64,000 nucleotides of DNA from Scyliorhinus canicula (Eukaryota). Positions 24,385 to 36,762 of the stretch are shown here, piece by piece. The DNA lies in contig NC_052147.1 of assembly GCF_902713615.1 (NCBI RefSeq), positions 82,238,091-82,302,090 of the forward strand, read 5' to 3'. The notes below the pieces were generated by a model. It was not told where the DNA came from. It ran no database searches and worked only from the letters and a program-made list of their open reading frames with translations. The position numbers and the translations under genes are program-made. Numbering within the stretch: position 1 is the first letter of the stretch; the number at the start of each line of letters is the position of its first letter.

Positions 24385-25660
24385 ATTAATGGCTGCTTAC
24401 TTCAATGCATGTAGGTTCAACACAAAGTAAATGAATAAATGACACAAATTGAGGTTAATAGCTATGATCTTACAGCCATTACAGAGACTTTGACTTTGTT
24501 AAAAGGAGATCAAAGCTGGGAACTAAATATTCAGGGGTATGTGATTTTTCATAAGGACAGGCAGGCAGGAAAGTGGGTGAGGAGGTAGCTTTGTTACTAT
24601 TAGATGCAATAATTACGATAGCAAGAAGTGATCTTGGCTCAGAAGATGTACAATTCGTACTGGTGGAGGTAAGAAATAACAAGGGGAAGAAGACAGTAGC
24701 GGGAGTACTCAATAGGTCGCTTAACAGCTATATTGGAGGACGGAGAATAAATCAGAAAATAATTGAGGACATTTGCAAAAGGCAGTACATTAATCATGGG
24801 TGACATTTGGAACAGTTTGCTAGAACAATATTTTGACGGTCCAACTGGGGATCAGGCTATTTTGGAGCTTGTTTAATAAAAATCTCAGCAGTAGCACGAG
24901 GGGACATAGACTTAAATTGAGGGGTAATAGATATAGGACAGAGGTCAGAGGTGGGTTTTTTACGCAAAGAGTGGTGAGGCCGTGGAATGCCCTACCTGCA
25001 ACAGTAGTGAACTCGCCAACATTGAGGGCATTTAAAAATTTATTGGATAAGCATATGGATGATAAGGGCATAGTGTAGGTTAGATGGCCTTTAGTTTTTT
25101 TTTTCCATGTCGGTGCAACATCGAGGGCCGAAGGGCCTGTACTGCGCTGTATCGTTCTATGTTCTATGTTCTAAAGGATCCCCTAGGAACAGTGACCATA
25201 ACATGGTAGAATTTAGCATTCAGTTTGAGAGTGAGGATCTTGGGTCAGAAACAGCTGTGCTCAATTTAAATAAAGGCAATTACAAAAGAATGAGGGCAGA
25301 GTTGGCTGGAAAATACTGGGAAAGAGGTTTAGCAGAAAAGATGGTTGATCAACAATGGCAGGTGTTTATAAAAATAGTTCATGACTCACAACAAAGACAT
25401 ATCCCAGTGAGGAAGAAGGATTCTAGGAAGGGGATAAAGTAACCACAGTTAACCAAGGAAGTTAGGATAGTATTAAACGGAAAGAAAAATCATTGTGTGG
25501 CATCAATTAATGGTAACCCAGAGGATTAGGAAAACTTTAAAAAGCAACAAAAGGTGACCAAAAAAAGAGGTAAACTTGCAAGTAATATAATAATGGACTT
25601 CTTTAAATATATAAAAAGGAAGAGAGAGGCCAAAGAGAACATGGGTCCCTTTAGAGAATT
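24385..25660 (+). mobile_element. Old CR1 endonuclease fragment with a nested young CR1 3' end (24892-25172)
   Basis: EN motifs (VEVRNNKG, NSDHNMVEF). The nested piece is nearly identical to 877-1160. Confidence 0.8.
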
Positions 25661-25667
25661 AGTTGAG

Positions 25668-28650
25668 GGGACTTCCATTGGCGTTATGTAGGGGGAAGAC
25701 GTAGACGAGGTGGCTCCCGGTAGGATGATGTTCGTTTCGTCCTTTTCACTTGTTTCTGGGGATATTTTCATTTAGAAACCCACTTGTTTAATGGAATAAG
25801 TTACCACATAGGTGAACTGCCTGGAAAACCCAGGGGGGAAAAAGCCTGAAAGTAGAAATTCGACGACTGACTCAGAAAAAATGATGGAGGCACCCTCTGT
25901 GACTCCAGCCACTCCACTAACAGCTGAGATGCTTACTAGCAGCTTGGCAGCAAAATTTGACAAATAGGAGTGGATTGAATCTGGGGACTTCCGCAAATCA
26001 ATGGAAGAGGCCTTGGCTCCTACTCGTTGGCATTTGAGAGAACCAACGAAACGGGGTGAAACGATGGAAGGCAAGGAGGTGGCTCTTTCGAGGGAAAGTG
26101 ACCAGATTGCGCCATTGGAATTGGAAATGTCTTTGATGGCCGATGAAAATAAAGTGCTGAAGGCCAAAGTGAATGATTTGGAGAATCGCTATTGGAGACA
26201 AAATATCCAAATTGTGGGGCTGCCAGAAGGGACGGAAGGCCCAACTTTTGCAAAGATGTTTGGGAAGATGGTGGGGGTGGAAAGATGGTCAGGTAGAGTG
26301 GACTCGCATCCCCTCCCAAGCTGGACCGAGCCCAGCGGCCTCTTCGATAGAAGCCCCGCCCAACATATCTGTGAATTTTCAGAACTTCAAGAAAAAGAGC
26401 GGGCTCTAAGGTGGGCAAGGCAGTATCGCGACAACAAATGGGATGACCACACCATCAGGTTCTATCAGAATGTGGGAGTGGAGCTGGCATAGAAGAGGGT
26501 GGTGTTGAACATGGCCAAAGCCACTCTGTATAAAAGTGGTTTTGGGGTTTGGGGTGGTGTACCCGGCACGGCTAAGAGTACATTGCGGGAAAATACGTTT
26601 TTTTGATGCATCGGAGTGTGAATGTGTCTTTAATTCACTTGTCTCTCAGTCCGGAAGAAACGGTTTCGAACACGTTCGTACTTTAGAATATTCTTTATTG
26701 CGATCGGGGCAGCCCTCTAGGTATTCTAAAGAACCACCTCTGAGAGTGCCAAAGGTCTGCTCAAAACATCCTTTTTTTATATGTTTTTTTAAGAGGGCTG
26801 TCCCTTGCATTCACTTGAGCTTGCGCCCATTACAAAGCATAGCTTGTTTTTACCATAGATCCAATACATGATTAACTTGTTATTGCCATAATTTCGATAC
26901 ATTATTTTACAGAATTTGAGGTTATCTATTGGCACATGAGTATATAGCAGTTTTAGCAAAAACAGCAGGTGTTTAGCCACAGTATCAATGGCTCCCACAT
27001 TTCATATTCCGTCATCCAACCATCTTCCCTTGTTTCTCAAGGCTATTCGGCTTACAGTCATGAGTCGGCTCACAAATTCAATAACAACTCCCTTATTTGT
27101 AACTTTCCACTAATGTGTCCCATTAATTCTGGCTTGTTCTAGCTATTAACCCTTGCTTCACATTCTCAGGAGGAGCGGATGCCTTTGTAAAGAAGCACGG
27201 GCTGATGGAGGATTTTGGATTTTGGGGATAGGTGTGTTGATATGTAGAATTGTTGGGGTCCCTTATTCATGCATTTTTTTGTTTTTTGTTTGGGTTGAAT
27301 GTTTTGCAAGTTAGATTTGGGTAGGAGGTTTCATCTTTTGTGGGTTTTTGCTCTATTTGTTCTAACAGTTGACTCTTAACTGCTCCCTTGAGGGTAATTA
27401 GGGATGGGCAATAAATGCTGGCACAGCCTGCGACGCCCACGTCCCATGAACAAAAAAAAAACACAGTTGTGAACATATATAGCTCCCTGCTGGAGTACTA
27501 AGTTTTAAGGGGGTTTTATACTTCGTGTCTTTTTTCTGTAAGCGTTTTTCTTCACTCTCAGGGCAGAAGCTGCCCTGCTAGTCAAAATGTTAGCTAACTG
27601 GAGGGTGCTGAGGGGTTGACTGCAGCTCTGTTTTAGATCATGAGCTTAATGTTTTGTTCTGTTTGGGGTTAGGTTTATTAGAAGTAGGTTTTAGTGGTTT
27701 ACGTTCACCATACTGTTTTCTGTATGCGTATTTGAGTGCAGCAGTGTCTGAGGGCAGAGGCGAGTGGGGGGGGGGCAGGGGTTATTGCTGATGGTAACTT
27801 CAAATCAATCTTGTTGGGTTTCGTGGCCATCTTGGGTGGGCCTGCTTGCTGTACATTCTATGTAACTGTTGGATAATCCCTCTTGGCGGAATTAGCTGAC
27901 TCCGGAGACCAAGGCGGGTGGTGGGAGGCTACCATTTCACTTGGGCACCTGGAATGTCAGGGGGTTGAATGGGCCCAGTGAAAATGTCGAGGGCATTTGC
28001 TCACCTTAAGAGTTTAAATGCCGATGTGGTGTTTCTGCAAGAGACTCACTTGCGGGTCAGACAGAAGACAAGGTCCAAAAGATTGTGCAGGTTAGGTGGG
28101 TATGGGGTATCGGGAATAGGGCGGGACAGTGGGGCCCAGTAGTCTGCTCTTTCAGAGAGTCAGTGCAAATTTGATGGGCTGAATGGCCCCTTTCTGCAAT
28201 GTGGGAATTCTGTTTCTATGGTTGCAGAAGGGGTGGGTGGGAAAAGGTTTTCATTTGTTAGTAGGGGCTGAGGTGCAGCAATTTTAATCAATAAAGTGTT
28301 CCGTTTTCTGCCGCTAAGATCTTGCCTAACCATGATGTAAGACTGTCATTGTCTATGGATCTATGACACTGAGTGTCTTTAAGACAGAGAAAGATAGGAT
28401 CTTGATTAATAAGGGGATCAGGAGTTATGGGGAGAAGGCAGGAGAATGAGGATGAGAAAAATATCAGCCGTGATTGAATGGCTAGGATCGGCTAGATGGG
28501 CCGAGTGGCCTAATTCTGCTCCCATGTCTTGTGGTCTATGCTCTAAACTGTGACGAAACAGATTTTATTAATAAGCTGCTGGCCTCTATCTCTGATTTGA
28601 ATTCGCATCAGCTTATTTTGGGGGGTGACTTCAACTATGTTCTGGACCCA
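25668..28650 (+). mobile_element. L1-like LINE 5' part (5' UTR, ORF1, start of ORF2), fragmented
   Basis: GACTTCC start, ORF1 DLENRYWRQNIQIVGLPEG (26001-26492), and EN motifs (tggaatgtcagggggttgaat; FLQETH; LILGGDFN). Confidence 0.8.
26617..27168 (-). mobile_element. Solo LTR (552 bp)
   Basis: Ends TGTGAATGTG / CACATTCTCA (9/10 inverted) and 4-bp TSD GGAG (26613-26616, 27169-27172). On the minus strand, TATAAA (26781-26776) precedes AATAAA (26699-26694). Confidence 0.8.
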
Positions 28651-28659
28651 GGATGGAGA

Positions 28660-29850
28660 CCCAAGGATGGAGAGGCAAGTGGTGAGGATGACGCAAAGAG
28701 TCTACACAAGGACATAGACAAGTTAAGTAAATGGGCAATAACTTGGCAGATGGAATATTATGTAGCTGATGTGAACTTATGCACTTTAGTAGAAAGAATA
28801 AAGGAACTGAATATTATTTAAATGGAGAAAGACTGCAGAAAGCTGAAGCTCCAAAGTATTTGGGGGTCCTTTTGCATAAATCACAAAAAGCTAGTATGCA
28901 AGTTCAGCAGGTAATTGGGAAGGCAAATGGTATGTTGACCTTTATTTCAAAGGGAATGGAGTAGAGAAATGGGTATGTCTTGCGAAAACCATACAAAGCT
29001 CAATTATTCCATACCTGAAATACTGTGAACAGTTTTTTTGTCCTTTTACCTCAGGAAAGATCATAGAAACATAAAATTTACAGTTCAGAAGGGGGCCATC
29101 GAGTCTACACCGGTCCCTGAAAGAGCACCCTACCAAAGCCCACACCTCCACCCTATCCCTGAGACCCAAAAATCCCACCTAACCTTTGGACACGATGGGG
29201 CAATTTAGCATGACCAATCCACCTAACCGGCACATATTTGCACTGTGGGAGGAAACCAGAGGAAAACCACACAGGCACGGGGAGAGCGTTCCAACTCTGG
29301 ACAGACAGTGACCCAAGCCGGGAATCAAACCCGGGTCCTTAGCGCTGTGAAGCAACCGCTGTGTTACCATGCCGCCCTAATAGATAGAAATATATACTGG
29401 CAGTGGAGGCAGTCCAGAGAAGGTTTACTAAGTTGATCCTGGGTACGGAGGGAATTTCTTGTGAAAAGAGGTTGAGTAGATTGGGCCTGTACTTATTGGA
29501 GTTTTAGAAGGATTTTGTGACCTGATTGAGACATATAGGATTCTCAGGGGGCTTGACACGGTAGATGCTGTTAGAGTCTTGGACCAGAGGGCATAATCTC
29601 AGAGTAAAGGGTCACAGATTTAAGCCAAGATAAGGAGAAGCTCCTTCTCTCAGGGTAGTGAATCTGTGGAATTATTTACTGCAGAGTGGTGTAGAGGCTC
29701 GATCGTTAAATATGATCAAGGCTGAGATAGACAGATTTTTAATCAGTCAAGGAATCAAAGGTTATGGGGATAAGACTAGTTGAGGATTATATTATCAGAT
29801 CAGTCATGATCTCAAAGAATGGCCTACTGCTCCTTGTCTTATGGGAATGA
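28660..29850 (+). mobile_element. Old CR1 3' fragments with a nested V-SINE (29062-29377, minus)
   Basis: LHKDIDKLSKWA..WQM, YYLNGERL, gggcataatctcag motifs and a CR1 3' UTR. Confidence 0.75.
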
Positions 29851-29997
29851 TGCTCGCTGAATTGTTCATCTGGAGAGCCAGTCCAGTTCAGACAAGATGA
29901 GTTGAATCGTCGTCTTCTGTGTTGTAACAATTCTGTAATTCTATGATTCTGTGAACTAGCGACAGACAATAAATGCAACCTTGCTCAAAATACAATG

Positions 29998-30891
29998 GGT
30001 GGGATTCTCTGATCCCCAGCCGAGTTGGAGAATCCCCGGGAGGGGGGGGGGGGGGGGGGGCGCGAATCCCGCGCCGGCTGGCGTATTCTTAGGTGCCCGC
30101 TTTTCGGGCGGGGGCGGGATTCCCGCTGCACTGCTCGGGGGCCGTTGGCAGCTGGCCTCCCGGCGATTCTACGGGCCCCAATGGGCTGAGCTGCCGTCCA
30201 TTTTGGTCAGTCCCGCTGGCGTGAATCACTCAACTCGCGCACCGGCAGGACCTGGCAGATGAGTATGCGTGGGCGGTCCTCGGGTGGGGGGGAGGGGGGG
30301 ATCCGACCCCGTGGGGGGCCCCCACGGGGGCCTGGCCCGCGATCGGGGCCCTTCAGAGAAATGGAGGATGAATGGAAATTTGATAGAAGTGTTCCAAATC
30401 ACAAGAGCTCTGGACACAGTAGATGGGGAGAAATTGTCCCCATTGGCATAAGGGTCGAGAACCAGCAGACATTGATTTAAGGTGATTGGCGAAAGTACGA
30501 GAGGCCACATGAGGAAAAACTGTTTTCATGCAATGAGTGATTAGGATCTGGAATGCATCTCCGATGTGGCCTGGCCCGCGATCGGGGCCCACCGATTGGC
30601 GGGCCGATCTCTCTGGCTGGGGGCCTCCTTTCTTCTGCACCGGCCCCTGTAGCTCTGCACCATGTTGCGTCGGGGCCGGTGCAGCGAAGGGAGCCACTGC
30701 GCATGTGCGGAACCCGCGGCGCCCAGTTCACACGGGATCAGCAGCTGGAGCGGCGTGGATCGCTCCAGTGCCATGCTGGCCCCCTGTAGGGGCCAGAATT
30801 GCTATCCTGAGGCCGTGTTGATGCCGTCGAGAAACGCGACGGCGTTTCGGACACCGTCAACACTTAGCCTCAGGATCACAGAATCCCGCCC
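29998..30891. mobile_element. GC-rich Harbinger-type MITE
   Basis: TIRs GGGTGGGATTCTCTGATCC / GGGCGGGATTCTGTGATCC. Internal sequence resembles 58761-59452. Confidence 0.75.
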
Positions 30892-31590
30892 ATGATGAGC
30901 CAAATGGCCTCCAAAGCTGTGATTCTATGATAAAAGAGTAACTATAGTTGAAAATATTTATTGCCTATGAATTTATTCTGAATGTCCAGAGAACATGAAA
31001 GGTTCTATTTAAATTAAATGATTTCTAATTTCTGAATGCTAACCAGTCTCCACATGGAATGAGGAGTACTTTACTGCAACGCACTGGTCGAACATGTGTA
31101 TTAATGTTTGCTTCAGCTATTAATCTTTCCTCAATTACCATACAACTTCAAAAAGTAGGCTTACAAATATTTGATTGTGCAAATCTTTAGAGGGACTCTT
31201 GGAAATTATTTTCTTGATCATCCTGTTGATGATGAATCGTGCAATACAGAAGATCCCAATAAATGTAAGCCCCTGCAAAAAATCATATGGCAATAGTAAG
31301 AACCATCTGTCAAGCACACCTTACTTTGCTTCGATTCTTTGGCTGAGGTTAGGCCTTGTCGGGCACGACGGGTGAATTCCGAGAGAGCCCCACATTAGGA
31401 TTCGCGCCGGGTGCTGGGCCGATCTCGAGTCACCCGACACGCTACCCTGCGACGGTGGGATTCAGATAATGATATTTAAATGAGCCATTTGGTTCATTTA
31501 AATATCCAGAAGCTGCATTCACCCACCGCCTGGGAGCTGATGGCCATGCCTGTGAGGCCTCCATCGGGAGCTGATTCAGTTGTTTTAAAA

Positions 31591-31832
31591 AAAAATGTTT
31601 ATTTTTATTTTTTTAATAAATTTAGAGTACCCAATTATTTTTTCCAATTAAGGGGCAATTTAGCGTGGCCAATCCACCTATCCTGCACATCTTTTGGGTT
31701 GTGGGGGTGAAACCCACTCTGACACGGGGAGAATGTGCAAACTCTTCACAGACAGTGACCCAGAGCCGGGATTCGAACCCGGGTCCTCAGCGCCGTAGGC
31801 AGCAATGCTAACCACTGTGCCACCGTGCTGCC
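31591..31832 (-). mobile_element. Short V-SINE with 14-bp TSD
   Basis: TSD CAGTTGTTTTAAAA at 31577-31590 and 31833-31846; A-rich tail. Confidence 0.85.
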
Positions 31833-32189
31833 CAGTTGTTTTAAAATTGTGCTTGCTAAGAAAAGGAAAATACTTAATTTTGTAATCTAAGTGATGAAAC
31901 CACGAGTTATTAAAGCTAAACAGAGATGCAGTTAATTTGCATGAAGACCTCGTAAATAAGTTGTAGCACATTGACCACCCATGCTTTTCTTTTTTAACTC
32001 TCTTGTGAACCTATTGGAGACTATTGACATTTAAAGAGGAACCTGAGGATCCAGCAATTGACCGACAAAACGATGTCACAAGATGTCATGATCTTAAACA
32101 AAAATAAACTTTACATAAGAATTAGTCAAAGCAAACACTATTAACTTAACACTATAGTTTCTAGTTACATATGTTATGAAATCAGTTCT

Positions 32190-32416
32190 GGGCAGCACGG
32201 TGGCGCAATGGTTAGCACTGCTGCCTCACGGCGCCGAGTTCCCAGGTTCCATCCTGGCCCTGGGTCACTGTCCGTGTGGAGCTTGCAGATTCTCCGTGTT
32301 TGCGTGGGTTTTGCCCCCACAACCCAAAAGATATGCAAGCTAGGTGGATTGGCAACACTAAATTGTCCCTTAATTAGAAAAAATGAATTAGGTACTCCAA
32401 ATTTTTATTTTTTTTA
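32190..32416 (+). mobile_element. Short V-SINE with 14-bp TSD
   Basis: TSD ATGAAATCAGTTCT at 32176-32189 and 32417-32430. Confidence 0.85.
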
Positions 32417-32694
32417 ATGAAATCAGTTCTACCATTTACTTGCCCCATTGAATTTCCTTATACACTACAACTATCTTGCACTTCCAACACATTTACATCT
32501 TTCCTTAAATAAGGAGACCAATGCTGTACACAGTACTCCATTTGTGGTCCCACCAGCCCACAAGGTATGTCACTGCACTCCAGATTTAACTTCAATGCTC
32601 CTCGATGTTCCAGCAGTTTCAGAGGTAATATTTCATGGGTTTTCTTCCATTAGGTTTTTGACTAAGTGCCCCTTTTATTTGATACCTCACAAGC

Positions 32695-35600
32695 AGAGCT
32701 TCTGATTGGCTGTTCCGGGGAGATTTGCATACGTGCAGTGCGGTCAGCGTAAGTTGAAGGTGGTTTGTGAAGGGGCTGTTCTCGAGTGACAGCTTTACCC
32801 GAAACACTACTTACGTAGTGTCTCCCACCCATCCTCCTCCTCTAACCAAAAAAAAGTTCTGTCTGTTGGATTGCTAAACTAACAAGTTTTTTATTTTTAT
32901 TTTTCAGTAGTTGGGAAGTTAGTTCAGTGGGAATGGAGGCTAGGGCAGTTGAATGTTCCTCCTGCAGAATGTGGGAGGAAGGAGTCACCTCTGGTGTCCC
33001 TTCTGACTACATCTGCGGGAAGTGCACCCAACTCCAGCTCCTCGAGAGCCACGTTAGGGACCTGGAGCTGGATGAACTTCGGATCATTCGAGAGGCGGAG
33101 GAGGTTATTGAGAGGAGTTATAGGGAGGTAGTCACACCTCAGGTAAAAGAAGAAGGTAGATGGGTTACCGTCAGGGGAGGGAGAGGGAACCGGCAGGTAG
33201 TGCAGGGATCCCCTGTGGTCGTTCCCCTCTATAACAAGTATACCGTTTTGGATACTGTTGCGGGGGACGACTTACCAGGGGTAAGCAATAGGGCACAGGT
33301 CTCTGGCACAGAGTCTGTCCCTGTTGCTCAGAAGGGAAGGGAGAAGAGGAACAGAGCACTTGTCATTGGGGACTCCATAGTTAGAGGAACAGATAGGAGG
33401 TTCTGTGGGAACGAAAGAGACTCACGGTTGGTGTGTTGCCTCCCAGGTGCCAGGGTTCGTGATGTCTCTGATCGTGTTTTTGGGATCCTTAAGGGGGAGG
33501 GGGAGCAGCCCCAAGTAGTGGTCCACATAGGTACCAACGACATAGGTAGGAAGAGAGATGGGGATTTGAGACAGAAATTCAGGGAGCTAGGGTGGAAGCT
33601 GAGAGCTAGAACAAACAGAGTTGTTATCTCTGGGTTGTTACCCTTGCCACGTGCGAGTGAAGTGAGAAATAAGGAGAGAGAGGAGTTGAACACGTGGCTA
33701 CAGGGATGGTGCAGGAGGGAGGGTTTTGGTTTCCTGGATAATTGGGGCTCATTCTGGGGTAGGTGGGACCTCTACAAACAGGATGGTCTTCACCTGAACC
33801 AGAGGGGTACCAATATCCTGGGGGGGAGATTTGCTAGTGCTCTTTGGGGGGGTTTAAACTAATTCAGCAGGGGGATGGGAACCTAAATTGTAGTCCCAGT
33901 GTACAGGATGTTGAGAGTAGTGAGGTCAGGGATAGGGTTAAAAGTTCGAAAGAGGGCACCGGCAAGCAGGACGCTGGTTTGAAGTGTGTCTACTTCAACG
34001 CCAGGAGCATCCGGAATAAGGTGGGTGAGCTTGCAGCATGGGTTGGTACCTGGGATCTCGATGTTGTGGCGATTTCGGAGACATGGGTAGAGCAGGGACA
34101 GGAATGGATGTTGCAGGTTCCAGGATTTAGATGTTTCTGTAAGAACAGAGAAGATGGTAAAAGAGGGGGGGGGTGTGGCATTGTTAATCAAGGAAAGTAT
34201 TACGGCGGTAGAAAGGACGCTTGAGGACTCGTCTACTGAGGTAGTATGGGCCGAGGTTAGGAACAGTAGAGGAGAGGTTACCCTGTTGGGAGTTGTCTAT
34301 AGACCTCCGAATAGTTCCAGAGATGTAGAGGAAAGGATTGCAAAGATGATTCTCGACAGGAGCGAGAGTAACAGGGTAGTTGTTATGGGGGACTTTAACT
34401 TTTCAAATATTGACTGGAAATACTATAGTTCGAGTACTATAGATGGGTTAGTTTTTGTGCAGTGTGTGCAGGAGGGTTTTCTGACACAGTATGTAGACAG
34501 GCCAACAAGGGGCGAGGCCACATTGGATTTGGTACTGGGTAATGAACCGGGCCAGGTGTTAGATTTAGATGTAGGTGAGCACTTTGGTGATAGTGATCAC
34601 AACTCGGTTATGTTTACTTTAGCAATGGGCAGGGATAGGTATATACCGCAAGGCAAGGATTATAGTTGGGGGAAAGGCAATTATGATGCTATTCGGCAAG
34701 ATTTAGGATGTATAGGATGGGGAAGGAAACTGCAGGGGATGGGTACAATCGAAATGTGGAGCTTTTTCAAGGAACAGCTACTGCGTGTCCTTGATAAGTA
34801 TGTACCTGTCAGGCAGGGAGGAAGTTGTCGAGCAAGGGAACCGTGGTTTACTAAGGAAGTTGAAGCACTTGTCAAGAGGCTTATGTTAGGATGAGACATG
34901 AAGGCTCAGTTAGGGCACTTGAGAGTTACAAGTTAGCCAGGAAGGACCTAAAGGGAGAGTTAAGAAGAGCGAGGAGAGGACACGAAAAGTCGTTGGCGGA
35001 TAGGATCAAGGAAAACCCTAAGGCTTTCTTTTGGTATATCAGGAACAAAAGAATGACTAGAGTAAGATTAGGGCCAATCAAGGATAGTAGTGGAAAGTTG
35101 TGTGTGGAATCAGAGGAGATAGGGGAAGCGTTAAATGGATATTTTTCGTCAGTGTTTACACTGGAGAAAGACAATGTTGTCGAGGAGAACACTCTGGTTC
35201 AGTCGACCAGGCTAGATGGAATTGAGGTTCAAAAGGAGGAGATGTTAGCAATTTTGGAAAATGTCAAAATAGATAAGTCCCCTGGGCCAGATGGGATTTA
35301 TCCTAGGATTCTCTGGGAAGCCAGGGAGGAGATTGCAGAGCCTTTGTCCTTGATCTTTATGTCGTCTTTGTCGACAGGAATAGTGCCGGAAGACTGGAGG
35401 ATAGCAAATGTTGTCCCCTTGTTCAAGAAGGGGAGTAGAGACAACCCTGGTAATTATAGACCTGTGAGCCTTACTTCGGTTGTGGGTAAAATGTTGGAAA
35501 AGGTTATAAGAGATAGGGTTTATAATCATCTTGAAAAGAACAAGTTGATTAGCGATAGTCAACACGGTTTTGTGAAGGGTAGGTCATGCCTCACAAACCT

Positions 35601-36762
35601 TATTGAGTTTTTTGAGAAGGTGACCAAACAGTTGGATCAGGGTAAAGCTGTTGATGTGGTGTATATGGATTTCAGTAAGGCGTTTGATAAGGTTCCCCAC
35701 GGTAGGCTATTGCAGAAAATAAGGAAGTATGGAATTGAAGGTGATTTAGCGGTTTGGATCAGTAATTGGCTAGCTGAAAGACGACAGAGGGTGGTGGTTG
35801 ATGGCAAATGTTCATCCTGGAGTTCAGTTACTAGTGGTGTACCACAAGGATCTGTGGGTTAGTAAATTTGCAGATGACACGAAGGTCGGTGGAGTTGTGG
35901 ATAGTGTTGAAGGATGTTATAGGATACAGAGGGACGTAGATAAGCTGCAGAGCTGGGCTGAGAGGTGGCAGATGGAGTTTAATGCGGAAAAGTGTGAGGT
36001 GGTTCACTTTGGAAGGAGTAACAGGAATGCAGAGTACTGGGCTAATGGCAAGATTCTTGGTAGTGTAGATGAACAGAGAGATCTCGGCATCCAGGTACAT
36101 AAATCCCTGAAAGTTGCCACCCAGGTTAATAGGGCTGTTAAGAAGGCATATGGTGTGCTAGCCTTTATAAGCAGGGGGATTGAGTTTCGGAACCACAAGG
36201 TCATGCTGCAGCTGTACATAACTCTGGTGCGGCCGCACCTGGAGTACTGCGTGCAGTTCTGGTCACCACATTATAGGAAGGATGTGGAAGCTTTGGAAAG
36301 GGTTCAGAGGAGATTTACTAGGATGTTGCCTGGTATGGAGGGAAGGTCTTACGAGGAAAGGCTCAGGGAATTGAGGTTGTTTTTGTTAGAGAGGAGAAGG
36401 CTGAGAGGTGACTTAATAGAGACATATAAGATAGTCAGAGGGTTAGATAGGGTGGACAGTGAGAGTCTTTTTCCTCGGATGGTGATGACCAACACGAGGG
36501 GACATAGCTTTAAATTGAGGAGTGATAGATATAGGACAGATATCAGAGGCAGTTTCTTTACTCAGAGAGTAGTCGGGGTGTGGAACGCCCTGCCTGCAAC
36601 AGTAGTAGACTCGCCAACTTTAAGGGCATTTAAGTGGTCACTGGATAGACATATGGATGAAAATGGAATAGTGTAGGTCAGATAGGCTTCAGATGGTTTC
36701 ACAGGTCGGCGCAACATCGAGGGCCCAAGGGCCCGTACTGCGCTGTAGTGTTCTATGTTCTA
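32695..36762 (+). mobile_element. Near full-length young CR1 (HER1-like) LINE
   Basis: 5' UTR and intact ORF1. ORF2 EN+RT has a frameshift in the G-run near 34165, a lesion near 34880 and a small deletion after GVPQGSV. Ends in the 3' stem-loop and TTCTATGTTCTA tail. Confidence 0.93.
32933..33862 (+). CDS. CR1 ORF1: zinc finger/leucine zipper plus SGNH esterase domain
   Basis: CSSC...CGKC; GDSIVRG, LPGA, HIGTND and DGLHL blocks of the CR1 ORF1 esterase. Uninterrupted from ATG 32933 to TAA 33862. Confidence 0.85.
   Translation: MEARAVECSSCRMWEEGVTSGVPSDYICGKCTQLQLLESHVRDLELDELRIIREAEEVIERSYREVVTPQVKEEGRWVTVRGGRGNRQVVQGSPVVVPLYNKYTVLDTVAGDDLPGVSNRAQVSGTESVPVAQKGREKRNRALVIGDSIVRGTDRRFCGNERDSRLVCCLPGARVRDVSDRVFGILKGEGEQPQVVVHIGTNDIGRKRDGDLRQKFRELGWKLRARTNRVVISGLLPLPRASEVRNKEREELNTWLQGWCRREGFGFLDNWGSFWGRWDLYKQDGLHLNQRGTNILGGRFASALWGGLN

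Noticed and set aside
32757-32830. Hammerhead-like fold in the CR1 5' UTR (GAAAC-ACTAC-loop-GTAGT-GTC with GGTGG/CCACC closing stem)
   Set aside because: The required CUGANGA core is absent (TTGTGAA instead). It is more simply a plain hairpin.
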